Below, piece by piece: positions 37,833-50,333 of a stretch of 64,000 nucleotides of DNA. A program made the position numbers and the translations under genes. The stretch lies in assembly GCA_002633005.1 (NCBI GenBank), contig NMRA01000108.1:415006-479005 (forward strand), written 5' to 3'. This DNA comes from Phoronis australis. Lineage: Eukaryota > Animalia > Phoronida. The notes under the pieces were generated by a model that saw nothing but the letters and a program-made list of their open reading frames with translations, did not search any database and was not told the DNA's origin. The first letter of the stretch is position 1; the number at the start of each line of letters is the position of its first letter.

Positions 37833-39627
37833 GATGTGAATAACAAAATGTACATTTTTCATAAATAAATCAGCAGAGCCTGAGGACTTATTGAATAACG
37901 GCGCATCATATTAACAAATGGCAGTACGTGTTTGGGACACATTGATATTGCTGTGGGCATGGGATTAGCATTACACACACTCCAAATACAATGGACAACA
38001 TTCCATGCTCTTGGATGGAGGCTGAAAGCAGGCTTCCCAGCGTTTTTATAATGAATTCCTTGTGACCATTGTGCGGTGGGATAAAAAACATTAACACGAA
38101 AATGAGCTTTCTCAAAACATTTGTGATTGAAAGAAATTGCATAGAGTGCCTGTCAACTCGGCATATCTTGCACATCAGAATTAGAAACTGGGTCAAGTGA
38201 AAGATGGTTTTGTGCACTCACAATTCTAAAGAGGTCGTGGACTTCCCAAGACTCACAAAAACAATGTTCCTCTTGCACCTATTGCTTTGTACATTGGTTC
38301 TCATGCATAAGGCATTTACGAGTTGTGTGTTGAATGTTCCTATCCCGGTATTGTAAATGCAACGGGTGAAGAAATCAATAAATTATTCATCATCTATGTT
38401 CCCTATCAAGACGACGTCATAATTTCAGGATGAGTGAATATCAAGTCACACTGAGCCCACATTGCGTAGGCTGTCTTTCCAACACTCCAAATATCAAAAG
38501 AAAATTACATCGCCACAACACAAAATGGAGATAATAAACAAAGGCATTTAACCATGCCGCATAATTAGCGTACAAATTTGTAAGTTTATTCTAAGTGCGA
38601 TATGCAATTGGTCAATGTTCAGGTCTAGTTTTGTGTACAGCAATTAAGACTCCAAGCCAAGCCTACTCCACCACACACAAATGTCTCCAAACCGTCCATA
38701 TCGTGATGGAAATGATTTTCGTCAAACTGACCATTCAGGAAAGCCAGTAGGTTTTGAAGTGCAGGCCAACTAGCCCAAAATAGGACTGATTCCGATTATG
38801 GTTATTAAGTGTCTGAAAATCTAATAACATGAATTACATCGCTACAAACCATGTCCTGGTGTTTAAAACATCACTTTTCTGCACAGGTAAATTTTCACTT
38901 CTAAAGCAACAGCAGCAAGTTCTTAACCTTTGTTTGAGATTGGTTACAATAAATTTGCCTGGAATTCCCAAAGCCCATACTGCTTTGGTGACTGAAAATC
39001 CCCGGATATGACAAGCAACTTAACACGTGTGAGGCCAAATTATTATCCTTCCCAGAAATCATCTCTAGATCAGCTAAGGAACAAGATGAGAATGATTTTA
39101 TAACAATATGTGACCAAAATCATAAGTTTGTTTTCGACAAAAGGCATGGGTTAATTACCCCTTTAAGTTAATCTCCGGTCAGCTTTTCAATAAAATGCGT
39201 TAGAATGAACGACAGTTAGTAATGTATAATATGGGAAACATCTTACCAAACAGTTTTTGAATTCCTAAATCTAAATTAAAATATTCTTTTTGATAGCAGA
39301 AACTGGTTGCCATCCTGGCGAGTAAAATTTTAATGCTAGTTTATCAGTCTATTTCATGATTTTTACATTTATGCCAATTTCGGAATCAATTGTTCCTATA
39401 AACAAAAAAATTAGATGAACTGAAAAACACAACACCAAAATTTGTACTTTTCTGAATAAACGCAAAATTGACATCTATTTTCAGCTAAAATCTCCGAAGC
39501 CCAAACAACCAATGAAATTCCCCTGCCGATCACATGACCCAAACATGCCGACCACATGACCCAAACACTGAGTGTGCACAAATAAGATCCCAGAGGTGAT
39601 ATGAAGATGGTTATGAATGTCTGATGA

Positions 39628-39767
39628 TCAATTGAAGTGAAACTTGAAGTTGAAACCCTGCCCATTTCCGAAAGGGTTGAAGCCGTGTGCGAATGGGTTG
39701 CCATGACCGCCCTGTTGAGCTTCGGGATCTAATGGATCTTCACCTTGATCGAATTTTTGCCTTTTTT
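39628..39767 (-). CDS. DNAJC3: DNAJC3 exon 11 (terminal)
   Basis: [21 protein letters not shown]...[11 protein letters not shown]. Confidence 0.96.
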
Positions 39768-42700
39768 CTGGAAAAAAATTCACAAGAATTACTTATATAC
39801 TTCAAAGATACAACAGTTACATCATGTCCTATCATGGACAAGGTTTTAAAGCAATTCTTGTTCCAGGCCACAAAATCAATAGAAAACAAATATCATATTG
39901 ATAGAGAGCATATTCACAATATTTGTAAATTAAAAATTTTATCTTAAGCTTAACACATTCTAAGTGACAAATCAAATCCATTATCCCTACACTTCTACTG
40001 AAATTGTTTTATACATTTGAGAATTGATAGTGATATAGTGGAATTATTTATACGAATCAAGTGTTTTGTCACCAACAAGTTTTCAAATTTAAAGCCATGT
40101 TTCAAAAGTAAGAATGCTCTCAATCAAAACACAGTCAATGACTACTCATTTTCCATTAACATTAAGAAGCCAGGACAGTCTGTTAATTAGCATAAAGATG
40201 TCGGCAATAGTGCTTCCAATTTGTAACAACCAATTTTCTCCACTGAACAACGGGCTGAAAAATCGTTCTCAAAATGCAAAAATGAAATTGAAACCTTCTG
40301 ACCTGTTGGGACAGGTTTAGCTGGTTGGTGGAAGTAAACCTGCACACAAAACGGTGGCCAATAACTGCAACTTTCCAGTCTTCCAAGTTTTTTAGCAGTG
40401 TCCCACAAATTGCTTTTCGCATGACATCCAGGTTCTCATTCACTCCCTTACATACATTCACTACTAAGACCCAGGTTAGAGGAGTAGGAGACACCATTGT
40501 GCTATGCTCGAGTGTCTGCCAGTTAAGCCAGGATTCGAGCCCCAATTTAAAAAAACGAGAGCCTCGAGCTTATCAGCCACACTGTCTTCCAAATTCACTG
40601 CAAGCAATAACTTTGTCAAAATCTTCACATCACTTGACGAAGCAGGCCCCAAAGCGTGAATCGATTTAGTCTCACTCACCTGGATCTGTGAGCACCTCCT
40701 TGGCTGCGGCTATGTCTATAAATTTTTTCTCTGCTTTGGCTTTGTCATCTCCATTGTATTTATCAGGGTGCCACTGCATGGCTAATTTCCTAAATGCCCT
40801 CATGATTTCTGTTTTTCTGGCATTTCTATAAAGTTAAACAGACAAGAAGTAAAAAACAAGGAAATCAACAGATGTGGAAATCAAGCTCAGGAGACTAGTT
40901 AAAATAATCTACTTGTGCTTTACTGAGAGCAACTCCCAAGGGAGATAACTAGACTAAACTGAGAGCAATTCTCAAGAGAGCTAACAAAACTTAACCGAGA
41001 GCAATTCCCAAGAGAGCTAACAACACTTAATTGAGAGCAACTCCCAAGAGAGCTAACGAGACTTAACTGAGAGCAATTCTCAAGAGAGCTAACAAAACTA
41101 AACTGAGAGCAATTTCCAAGGGAGCTAACAAGACTTAACTGAGAGCAATTCCCAAGGGAGATAATAAGACATAACTGAGAGCAATTCCCAAGGGAGATAA
41201 CAAGCCCTAACTTAGGAGCTACTAGTACAAGTGCATCAACAACACTTTCAATTCAGAAAACAGTCACTGTACATTTATTAACAACAACAGATCTACAATA
41301 ACCACTTCGGGTAAACACTTTAGAGTAAATGTCAAAAACAGATGACGTTGTCAGGTGAAAAACTTCTCACCTTGAAGTAAATACGGTAAGCAAAATACAC
41401 AGATTACCTTACCTTTTAACACCTAATATTTTATAATAATCCCTCTTCTGAGATTGCTTTAATAATTTTTGAGCTCTGTTTAAACCATCGTTTATTCTCT
41501 GTGTTTCCCCAGCGACATTTTGTGCCCTCTGGTATTCATTTATTGCTGTAACAATAAAAAGATGCATGAAAATTGAGCAATAAAATCATTGAAAATTGAG
41601 CAATAAAATCATTGATAAGCAAATTAAATGGCAAAAACATGATACACCATAAAAATAACGCATAAGAAATAAATGCTGTTTTTGCCTTGATAGGACATTA
41701 TTCAAGATGTGGCGTAATTTCTTTCACTCACCTGTCGACGTTTAGAATTGATCTTACATGGTTTTCTTTTTACAACACATTAGTCAAGGCTGTTCACCCT
41801 GCAGCATCTTGAGAAATATCAGAAAAAGTGGGAGAGCAAACAGTCCCCCCTAATGCAGATATTGTGTGTAGTGAGTTGTGAACACATCCGCTTCACATCT
41901 CTATTCTATTCCTTTAATGATTCACAAACCAAAGGTACATGAAACATCACGTAACAATATCTACCATTAACAAAGCAGCCACAACTTAAGAAGACCAAAT
42001 ATGTTCATCAGCCTACTTCAGGACTTTCACATTCTCAACATAAGTAGGATTGTACTGCCTGGCATTTTCACTGAGTAATTACTTTCAAGAAAGCAAGAGC
42101 CAAAATATAAACAGGCACTTAATAAGAAGCAGACCATCACCCACCTTCTTGATACTCTTCATTGGCTATGTATGCTTCTGCTAGATCGCATATAGCGTTG
42201 ATATCATTTTCACTCATCTCTAGTGCCTCCTTACAGGACTCTATAGCGTCTGATGCATGACCAGCCTAAGCAGATAGTAGAAACGTGTTTAAGCAAATGC
42301 ATAGCTATGTTTCGTACTGTGGTGATTGCTTGGAATCAGTTGTTACAGAAATTTTGTTGGAAAGGAATTCACATGTGGTATCCTGTCAAGTTTTTGGGAT
42401 TTGTTCACATTTGGATCACATATCCAACACCCATCAAGGCTCAGAATTCATGACTTTTTAAACATTTTAGCTTTATCAAATTCTAAGAAAATGCTCTTTA
42501 GTTTGTCTGTACGTGTTGAACAATGACCAACATCTAGCTAACCAGGCGTGCACTAAGTTTCACACGCTTGTCTTTAAAGCACTGTATTCCCACCAAAACA
42601 TTATTATCTGCAACAGCTCAAATGTTGAAATACAGGTAATTTAATATTCATCAGAGGCTGCTAATGACCCGCGTTTTATCATCTGAAAAGAATGTAGTGA

Positions 42701-45700
42701 GATAAGAGATTGGAATAGATTTATTTCTGCTGGTAAGATGGTTGAACCACAAATGCCACCAACAAATTAATTTCCAATACCTCATACAATAACACACAAG
42801 TGCTACTCACTTTAGACTGACAATGACAGATGTGTCCCTTCGCCCTGAAGATGTACGTGGCTAGGTGAGGTTCTGTCTTCATCATAGCCCTCGCCTTATC
42901 TACACAGTCATCATACTGTTGGTTGTTGATCATCTCCTGCACGCTGTTCATCTGTTTGAACAGTTTCTTCACCTTCTTATAGTGTTTGTGGCACTCCTTG
43001 TGGTCCTGGTCCAGCTTCAGACATTCCCGGATCTCACTGGTTAAACGCACGTTTCAATGTCATTATACAATACATGCCATACATAATTATATAATACCAT
43101 CATTATTACACGACCACCTCTGATTGGCTGATAACGTCCAATATGGCGTAATATTGACCAACCTGGACACGGAATATCACTTTTCATTCATACTGCCCAG
43201 ATGTTAGAATTTGCTACACAAGATCTGACATTATATTAGATGCTGTAGAAACCGTTGCACTATGAAGTGAGCGGACGTCAGTAAATCAAAGCAGGCAAGA
43301 ATAAGAGAATCTAATAAAACAAGAAAATCTGAGGTCTACAGTGTCAACGCAACATTGCTCTCCATTGGTAAATCTGACCTGCTATTATCACACTTGGGAA
43401 CAGTCCATATATTTTGTATTAATATCATGTACCACTCAGTACTACACAATATTGCATAATATACAAAAATTTTGAGACATCCACTTGAGAAAACAGATCA
43501 AGTTTGAGTCTAATACTGGAATATTGGTTATTATTATATCGCTAATTTTTATAAGTTTTTATTCCAGTATTAGACTCACACTTGATCAATATTGTATAAT
43601 ATTACACAATATCATACAATACCATGCATATCTCACTGGTGACAGATACTGATAAATGCCAATAATACCGTACAATATTATTACAGCAGATTCAGGCACT
43701 AACATATGACACTGATAAATATCATAAAGCACGATACCACAATATTGCACGTTTGTTTGAATATTATTCCATAATGTCCTACTTATAATTGACCTGAAAA
43801 CAGCCAGACTGAATCCATAAGCAAAGCATTCAATACAAGACCAAATTTCTCTAGGAAGATTTTTTTCACACAGGTCTGTTTCAACAAGAGTGACTTAAGA
43901 TTGAAGTAATTAAGATCCACACAACTACTTCAGAAAATTAATTAAATCTCACTTGAGCAAAAGCCCAAAGTCTGTTAGAAAATAAACGTATCTGAATTTC
44001 AATTAATTATTTCTCGACTGCGACCCTCTCATGACTTGCCTTAACCTTTCTTCAACACTTGTGAAGTGGAAGCATACAACCAAATTTCTGTTTTAAGTCG
44101 CTTTCGTGAAACAAACCCCAGTTTGTCTTTTGACTTTAACAATAACCGTCATATTTCGCAAACACCAAGTAGTCCTGTTTTTCTATCACAATAAAAACCA
44201 CAAACAGTAGGCCCATACACACATACACGCACACAAACGTAACTTACTTGAGTGACTCCTCAGCCTCTCCCATACGATAGTATAAAATACTCAGTTTCAG
44301 GAAGGCTGCTGTGTTGTCGTTGCGTAGTTTCGTGGTAGGCTTGATATCGTTGGCAGCCTTAAACAGCTCCCCGACCATCTCGTAACACTCCGCACGCATC
44401 TCCCTCAGCTCGACGTCCCACGGACTCACCTGTCGACACACACACACGTTACTTTATCATTCCACTTCAACATCAGTACAGTGAAATCTCACCAATTTAG
44501 GAAACAGAGTGAAACTTCATTTCATTTTTTTCAGAAGAGACATGTAACAAGACAGGCTTTAAAATCTTTAAGCTCTGTAACTAAGCTAACATCACAGTGT
44601 TACGAGAAATTGCAAGTATTCACAAAAACATAAGAGATCTCAAAAAAAAAACATCAATTTTGGCATTTATTATTGTCTGAAATTGGTGAGATACTGTCCT
44701 CCTACATGAGAGATTATTGTATACAGATAGCCACATAGACTTCAATTTTGAAACTGAAAAAACCTATAGAGAGGTTCTGACGTTGCTCATCATGTGACGT
44801 GTACCATAATTGGTTTGGGTTAACGTCCATATTTAGCTAAACACACACAACCCAATTTGTCAACATGTTCACTTTTGAATTGTCATATTTCTTTAAGCTC
44901 TGCTGACCACCTGTCCCCTGATTTTGAGTAACTCAAGCTAAAAAAGAATAAAGCCCAAATTACAGGAAAATCTTATGGATTCAAACTATTATTAGCTTCA
45001 CTCAACTGATAAGCCGATCTTTTGAATATCTGAACTAATCTGTTCATAACTGACAACACGCATTTACATAATTCTGAGCCTATCCGCACATTGTCAAGGC
45101 TTTAAACTGACTTACAGTTAAGTCTCTAAATTTCTGTCAATGGTCTTGATTCTGGACAAATGAATACGTTTCATAAAACCCAGGACTAATGTCACATGGC
45201 TTGGAATGACCAGTGACAAAAGAGGAAAAAATTACCAGTGACGTATCGTTCCACAAATAAATAGGCTAATGAGTTGTAAAATTCAACTGAAATATAACGC
45301 TTTTGCATGAATAAAGTCAAAATAATGATAAGAAAGAGATGAAAAAAGAGGAAATTGGAAATCAAAATATAAGAGGAAATCGAAATCAAAAAAAGAAGAA
45401 ATCCTCTCAGAAGAGAAAAATTCCAAGCTCTGATATCTGTTATGTTGTAACAAATGGATATGTGGGGGGCATAAAAATGCGAAATGCCTTAAAGTGTAAC
45501 TCAATCAAATCAAAAACAGGGATTTTTTGTTTTCAAACAAACTTCAGTAAATTATTATAGTCTGTCCTAAATTAAAGAGTTTTTCCCATAATCTCAAAAA
45601 AATCACGTTTTTGATGTATTTGTTACGCCACTTCTTTGTTTCTACTGGGTCCAACTATCTGACGATGGTGTAGGAAAAACGGCTTCAATGGAACAATGTA

Positions 45701-48700
45701 ATCTCCACACACTTACTTCAATAACTTTTGTCAGGACTTCGATAGCTTCGTTAAACTGTTGGCTTGTAATCAGACCAGCAGCATGATGACGGTCGGCTAA
45801 CAAGGTGGGGATTTCATCCATGTGCTTTTGGGCTTCTGCATGACTGGGATTATGACTTAACTGAAAATGACCGGAATGACGTGTAAAGTTAGTCAAGTCT
45901 ACTTTATGGTTAACGATTAATGAGAAATCAAGAAAATAAAAATTCAGACCACGAAACTGGACTTTAAATTTCGCCTGCCGTGCAGTGATAAACAACCTGT
46001 AATTGAATTGAAGCTGTCAGACTTTGCAAGGACTGGCCAGCAACGTAATTTCCTGAAGTGTGTTTCACTAATGGATGTCCGAGACAAAGAAAGGTCTTGT
46101 CACGGCAAGGGAAATTTTGAGACCGACAGGTAATTAGGCTAGTTTTACTTTACTAGGATTTTTCAATTTTTTTCAACAGCTAAAAAGAAAAAAATACATT
46201 TTTAAATGAAATAGTTGATTGCAAACACTCAATGACATGCTACAATAATTTACTCTAAAAATCAAAGAAAATGTGTCTGTACGATGAATACACACCGAAA
46301 TACTGGTGAGTCTATTCTATTTCATTCATTGAACAGCAATTAACCCAAAAACATGAAGACTGGTGGTACCTTTCTCTTAACTTACCACTGACTTGTAATC
46401 TGACTGTGCTTCTTCCAGTTTTCCTTGTTTTAAATATACATTTCCACGCTGCATTTGTGCCTGAAGAATAAAGTCATGTGGCATTAGAAGTCAGTATCAA
46501 CACTCAGCCAACTGTAGTTGGAAAAAGATCCTTAAATTTCACGCAAACAATTACTGAAATTGAAGTTTTTTTCAATTTAATACTCAAAAGCTTGCTGACT
46601 ACTAAAACATTCAAAACTTTACAACAAGTCAGTTCCCCCAGAAAACAGTAGTAGTCCAATGCAAAGCTCATAAAGAATGCCTAAAAAAGTTCTTCCTATT
46701 CAGTTGTAGATGCTAAAGCACTAGAACAGATGGTGAATGATAAATAACACGGCATAACTTTCCAGTAGTTGCAATGAATACATACTGCATTGAAGTCTGG
46801 CCGAAGGTCTATCACTTTTGTGAGATCTGGTAACGCTGACCTCGACTTGCCCAGAGCCAAGTACACCGTCGCTCTCCTGAAGTAACTCATGTAGTTATCG
46901 GGGTCGGCGTCTACAATATGGACAATGCACAGTTTATGGCATCAACAACTGAAAACAGTTCACAAATATCTTAGCAATAAATGATGTAATATGCTTTGTA
47001 AAGCAATTGTAAATATTAAATACAATGCCCACAGAACAATTTGTTGTTTTGCTATTAAAGACACTTCTCGCTGAACAATCAATAATTCCACTAATGGCTA
47101 AAAGACTTATCGTACAACAAATAATGCATACAATCAAGCTTTTTTAAATGACGACCTTTTTAGAATCATGAAAATAAATTGCAGTTGGAAAAAGTTATTG
47201 AACAAAGTTCACAACAAAAAAAACGAATAAAATTTTACATCGCTTAATTCCAGAATGCCTTCCAGTTAATGCAAAAACAATTGTAATGGCAACCTTAGTC
47301 AAGGGGGAGTCACCAGCTGTCACTTTCCAGATGCATTGTGGGACGGTTGTTGGCTGCTCGTAACCATCCAGTAACATCACAGATAAGTTGTGGATGTGCA
47401 ACTCCTAATTTGTGTATTGAGTCATGATGAAATTTGACTTTAGTGCGAGCGGATGACACCTACCTTGAGAATCTTTTCCATAAGACTTGTTAATCTATGT
47501 AACTATTTATCCGATTCATTTTAATTCTCCCTTTCAGTCTTTTATTTCTCTATGATGCTTTGTCATATGGTTTCAGTGGACCTGTGCTTTCAGTTTCAGT
47601 GCACACAAATGACAAGCGTTGCCGTCCGTGTTTATACATCACAACGCAATCTGTGATGTCACCAAATGCTACAACATGCGTTTGAAAAACGGTAACAACA
47701 CCGTTGATGAAATCCCCAGAATTGGAAAACGAAGGTGTTCATGACACGTTGATGTACCAATGTTAGTCAGTGTATATGTGTACAATGACCCCATTACATA
47801 CAGAAGAAAGGGTTGTAAAACACATAAGCATACAATTCTACCAGAACATACTCTTAATAGCAGGTTAACAACACAAATTTTCCCAACAGAGTCGTAACCC
47901 AATGCACCCCATTCACACAGATACTGTGACCAAAACTGTACCTTTTTCAATATTCAATGCCTCCTAACATTACTGTGGCTGAATTAAAATTCTCAATGAT
48001 TACAAAACAATTCCAACTAGAAAATGGTTTACCGTAGTAATAATTCGGTGTCACCTATCTGTTGTGAGAAAATAAGAAAATAAATTAAATCAAATTTCAT
48101 TTGCCCTGACAATGTGTTCTGAATTGGTGGGATTTCAACTGCACACCAACATACACCAACTGTTACTTTTAGTTTTTAACCTTTTGACATGCCATAGGTT
48201 GAGTAGGGCTCCATTGCTGTTTGTACCCATCCTTACCTATGGCCGCATGGTAGTGTGTGAGGGCATCAGCCAGCTGACCAGCAGCCAATAACTTCTTGCC
48301 CATCTCCAGGTGCTGGTCCACTTCCGAGTTGCCAAACACACCTGGCAGACAAACAAGAGACAGCCATTAGGCAAGCCACTTGCGACATTACGTAACATAA
48401 TAATAATAATTGCAGGTACACATTGTACCCGACGTACGCAGGCCACGCATGTAGGCCCATTGCACCGATCACCTGGGACCAATTTTCTGCTTCATTAATA
48501 TATATTTAAAACCGAGGTGAGCTAGAAACCTGACTCAAGGGTCTAGCAGTGTGACCCAGTGAGACTCGAACCTACGACCTTGAGTAAAGAAGGTGGGTAC
48601 CATCACACTAGGCCACACTGCCTCCTCTTTTACGACGTAACATTACTATGTGGATCATTTTTTGCAAACATATGGCGAGTCAAAATATTCATGCTAACAC

Positions 48701-50333
48701 CACAACAGTGTTTGAGGTGAATGTCGCAGGAAAATACGATAGAGCAGACCCTGCCCACAAAATGTGATACAGCAGACCCCGCCCACAAAATGTGCAGGTA
48801 GATATTTTAAAGTTTTAGTAGCACGTGCTTGTCTAAACTTGGGTTGAACGTCCACGGTGTACATGCCCTACTGGTCACATATTGCATAATCACATATCTT
48901 CTGAAACTTACAGGTCTACAATGTTCCTCGTAGATAATTATGCTATTTACCATCATTGGTAGTATCTTATTTTTCATTAACGATGTTTTGAACCAAGTTC
49001 TGGCGTTAAAAACATAAATCTCCTTCAGAGCAACGTAATGCATTCCTATTCTTTGCTTGAGTTGAATCCGGTTATGTAAAATAAGTACCCCTGATTGCTG
49101 TCTTAGAGACTGAAAAATATGTTGCGCCAACTTTCATTGTATTTCTTATTTCAAAATTTCTATTTGCAAGCCCTCAGTGCATATGGGAACTGCAAATCAT
49201 ATTGTCTGCACTGCCACGCGCCTGGTTAATTGACAAACACCCCCCCCCCCTCACTCCAAGCCTATAACAATGTTTGAGCCGATGTTTCCTTCTTCTTATG
49301 GAAGTATTTGATGGAGTTAGAAGGAATTAAAGACATTGATGGCCTCCTAAGGTGTCCCTCTATGCGTACAACGTACTTATAGCAACGTGACTCTGGTGAT
49401 TAATAAGTGTGAGGCATAAATCGTCGGCTTCCTGCGTATGAAGGGCTATAGGAACATAACCATCTCTACTGTTAGTAGAGGCGGTGGCACTGTCTACTGG
49501 CCCATTCATGAGCGGCGCAGCGCTGAAAATAGTGGGGGGAGCTATAGCTCCCCAGCCCCCCTGCGGTACACCGCCCAAAGACCATGGGCGCTGAAGCACT
49601 GAAAAAAGTGGGCCCCTTATGGTGCGCCGAACTTGCCATTGGCTAAGGAAAGTAGATGAGACCAAAAGTAATTTGTATGTTCAGTAAGCTGGGAAGCAGG
49701 TAAGAGATGAAAGAAAAAATCTAGACTTGGAACATGAAATCCTCAGCATGAGAGTCAAGTGTCTAAACTAATCGCCCAGCCCCAACAGGCAACTACTGAA
49801 CTAGCCGGAAAGCGATTTAGAAAGAATTTATAACACAGCAGTGGCCTAGTCGAATAAAGTGGTGCCTGAATTTGAGAACCAGAAAGAATGTTCAGTGGAT
49901 GAAACTTGTTAAATGGGGAAACATTCGACCAGTGCCAGTGGCAATGGCTGCAGTGCCATCATCATTTTTTTACAGCAATTAAACACTGATAAATAAGCAG
50001 CAAACAAAACAAAAATGAAAATTGGTTGCCCACATATTCGTATGATCGATCACAACAAGGGACCAGATTGAAACATAAGACTGGGAAGGTGGAATTGGAA
50101 AATTTAAGACTAAGAGCCTGTGACTGTGTGTCAGTGTCGAGTGTGTTGAGGACTCGACCCCAGCCGAATGGAAATCACGTTAACTTAAAAACGTTAGATT
50201 CTAAATCAAAACTTTAACAGAAAAAGTTACGAGATAGCCTAGACAGATACTCACTTTGTAAATTGATATCCAGTGCAAGAAATAACACAGATATCGAGCT
50301 TAGAACTCGATATAAACATAGTTCCCCTTCCAT
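39628..50333 (-). CDS. DNAJC3: DnaJ homolog subfamily C member 3 (P58IPK), ER-lumenal TPR + J-domain co-chaperone, complete, 11 exons, 491 aa
   Basis: Minus-strand exons 50255-50333, 48237-48341, 46786-46910, 46386-46460, 45717-45860, 44248-44429, 42811-43036, 42145-42265, 41413-41545, 40680-40825, 39628-39767 join in phase (1476 nt). Hydrophobic signal peptide, TPRs ([18 protein letters not shown]; [15 protein letters not shown]), J domain RDYYKILGV...WHPD, C-terminus FNFKFHFN. Confidence 0.97.
40205..40278 (-). mobile_element. Hairpin element family B, partial copy 4
   Basis: TTTTCTCCACTGAACAACGGGC...GTTCTCAAAATG. Confidence 0.65.
40680..40825 (-). CDS. DNAJC3: DNAJC3 exon 10 (J domain, HPD)
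   Basis: [14 protein letters not shown]...[15 protein letters not shown]. Confidence 0.97.
40923..41210. repeat. 36-bp minisatellite x8 in DNAJC3 intron 9
   Basis: Unit ~CTGAGAGCAATTCCCAAGRGAGCTAACAAGACTTAA starting at 40923, 40959, 40995, 41031, 41067, 41103, 41139, 41175. Confidence 0.95.
41413..41545 (-). CDS. DNAJC3: DNAJC3 exon 9
   Basis: [24 protein letters not shown]. Confidence 0.96.
42145..42265 (-). CDS. DNAJC3: DNAJC3 exon 8
   Basis: [40 protein letters not shown]. Confidence 0.94.
42811..43036 (-). CDS. DNAJC3: DNAJC3 exon 7
   Basis: [25 protein letters not shown]...ICHCQSK. Confidence 0.96.
43496..43587. repeat. Inverted repeat, 28-bp arms (1 mismatch), 36-nt loop
   Basis: GATCAAGTTTGAGTCTAATACTGGAATA / TATTCCAGTATTAGACTCACACTTGATC. 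Confidence 0.92.
44248..44429 (-). CDS. DNAJC3: DNAJC3 exon 6
   Basis: [16 protein letters not shown]...[14 protein letters not shown]. Confidence 0.96.
44477..44697 (+). mobile_element. Tc1/mariner(pogo)-like MITE family E (~220 bp)
   Basis: TA-CAGTGAAATCTCACCAATTT ... AAATTGGTGAGATACTG. Confidence 0.75.
45195..45432 (-). mobile_element. MITE family A, copy 3 (inverted)
   Basis: Reverse complement of the other copies; CATGGCTTGGAAT...TTCCAAGCTCTG. Confidence 0.85.
45717..45860 (-). CDS. DNAJC3: DNAJC3 exon 5
   Basis: [11 protein letters not shown]...[11 protein letters not shown]; cag/gtaagt. Confidence 0.93.
46386..46460 (-). CDS. DNAJC3: DNAJC3 exon 4
   Basis: [25 protein letters not shown]. 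Confidence 0.95.
46786..46910 (-). CDS. DNAJC3: DNAJC3 exon 3
   Basis: [32 protein letters not shown]. Confidence 0.96.
48237..48341 (-). CDS. DNAJC3: DNAJC3 exon 2
   Basis: [29 protein letters not shown]. Confidence 0.96.
   Translation of the reverse strand: MCLATRKWTSTWRWARSYWLLVSWLMPSHTTMRP
48520..48626 (-). mobile_element. tRNA-derived SINE 5' head (family C)
   Basis: A-box TGGCCTAGTGTG, B-box GGTTCGAGTCT, tail GCTAGACCCTTGAGTCAGG. Confidence 0.75.
49507..49578. mobile_element. GC-rich mini inverted-repeat element with an 18-bp perfect palindrome
   Basis: GCGGCGCAGCGC...GCGGTACACCGC ends; GGGGAGCTATAGCTCCCC at 49536-49553. Confidence 0.55.
50255..50333 (-). CDS. DNAJC3: DNAJC3 exon 1 (signal peptide [26 protein letters not shown])
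   Basis: ATG at 50333, gtgagt donor, phase 1 fits exon 2. Confidence 0.88.

Noticed and set aside
40923-41210. 36-bp repeats as a CRISPR array
   Set aside because: Units are head-to-tail with no unique spacers, no cas genes, and the context is a eukaryotic intron
48520-48626. tRNA gene
   Set aside because: Has A/B boxes but no clean cloverleaf, and copies share a non-tRNA tail, so it is a SINE head
48743-48795. Short two-copy tandem duplications (also ~19880-19940, 22335-22390, 41568-41614)
   Set aside because: Ordinary local slippage duplications with no further structure
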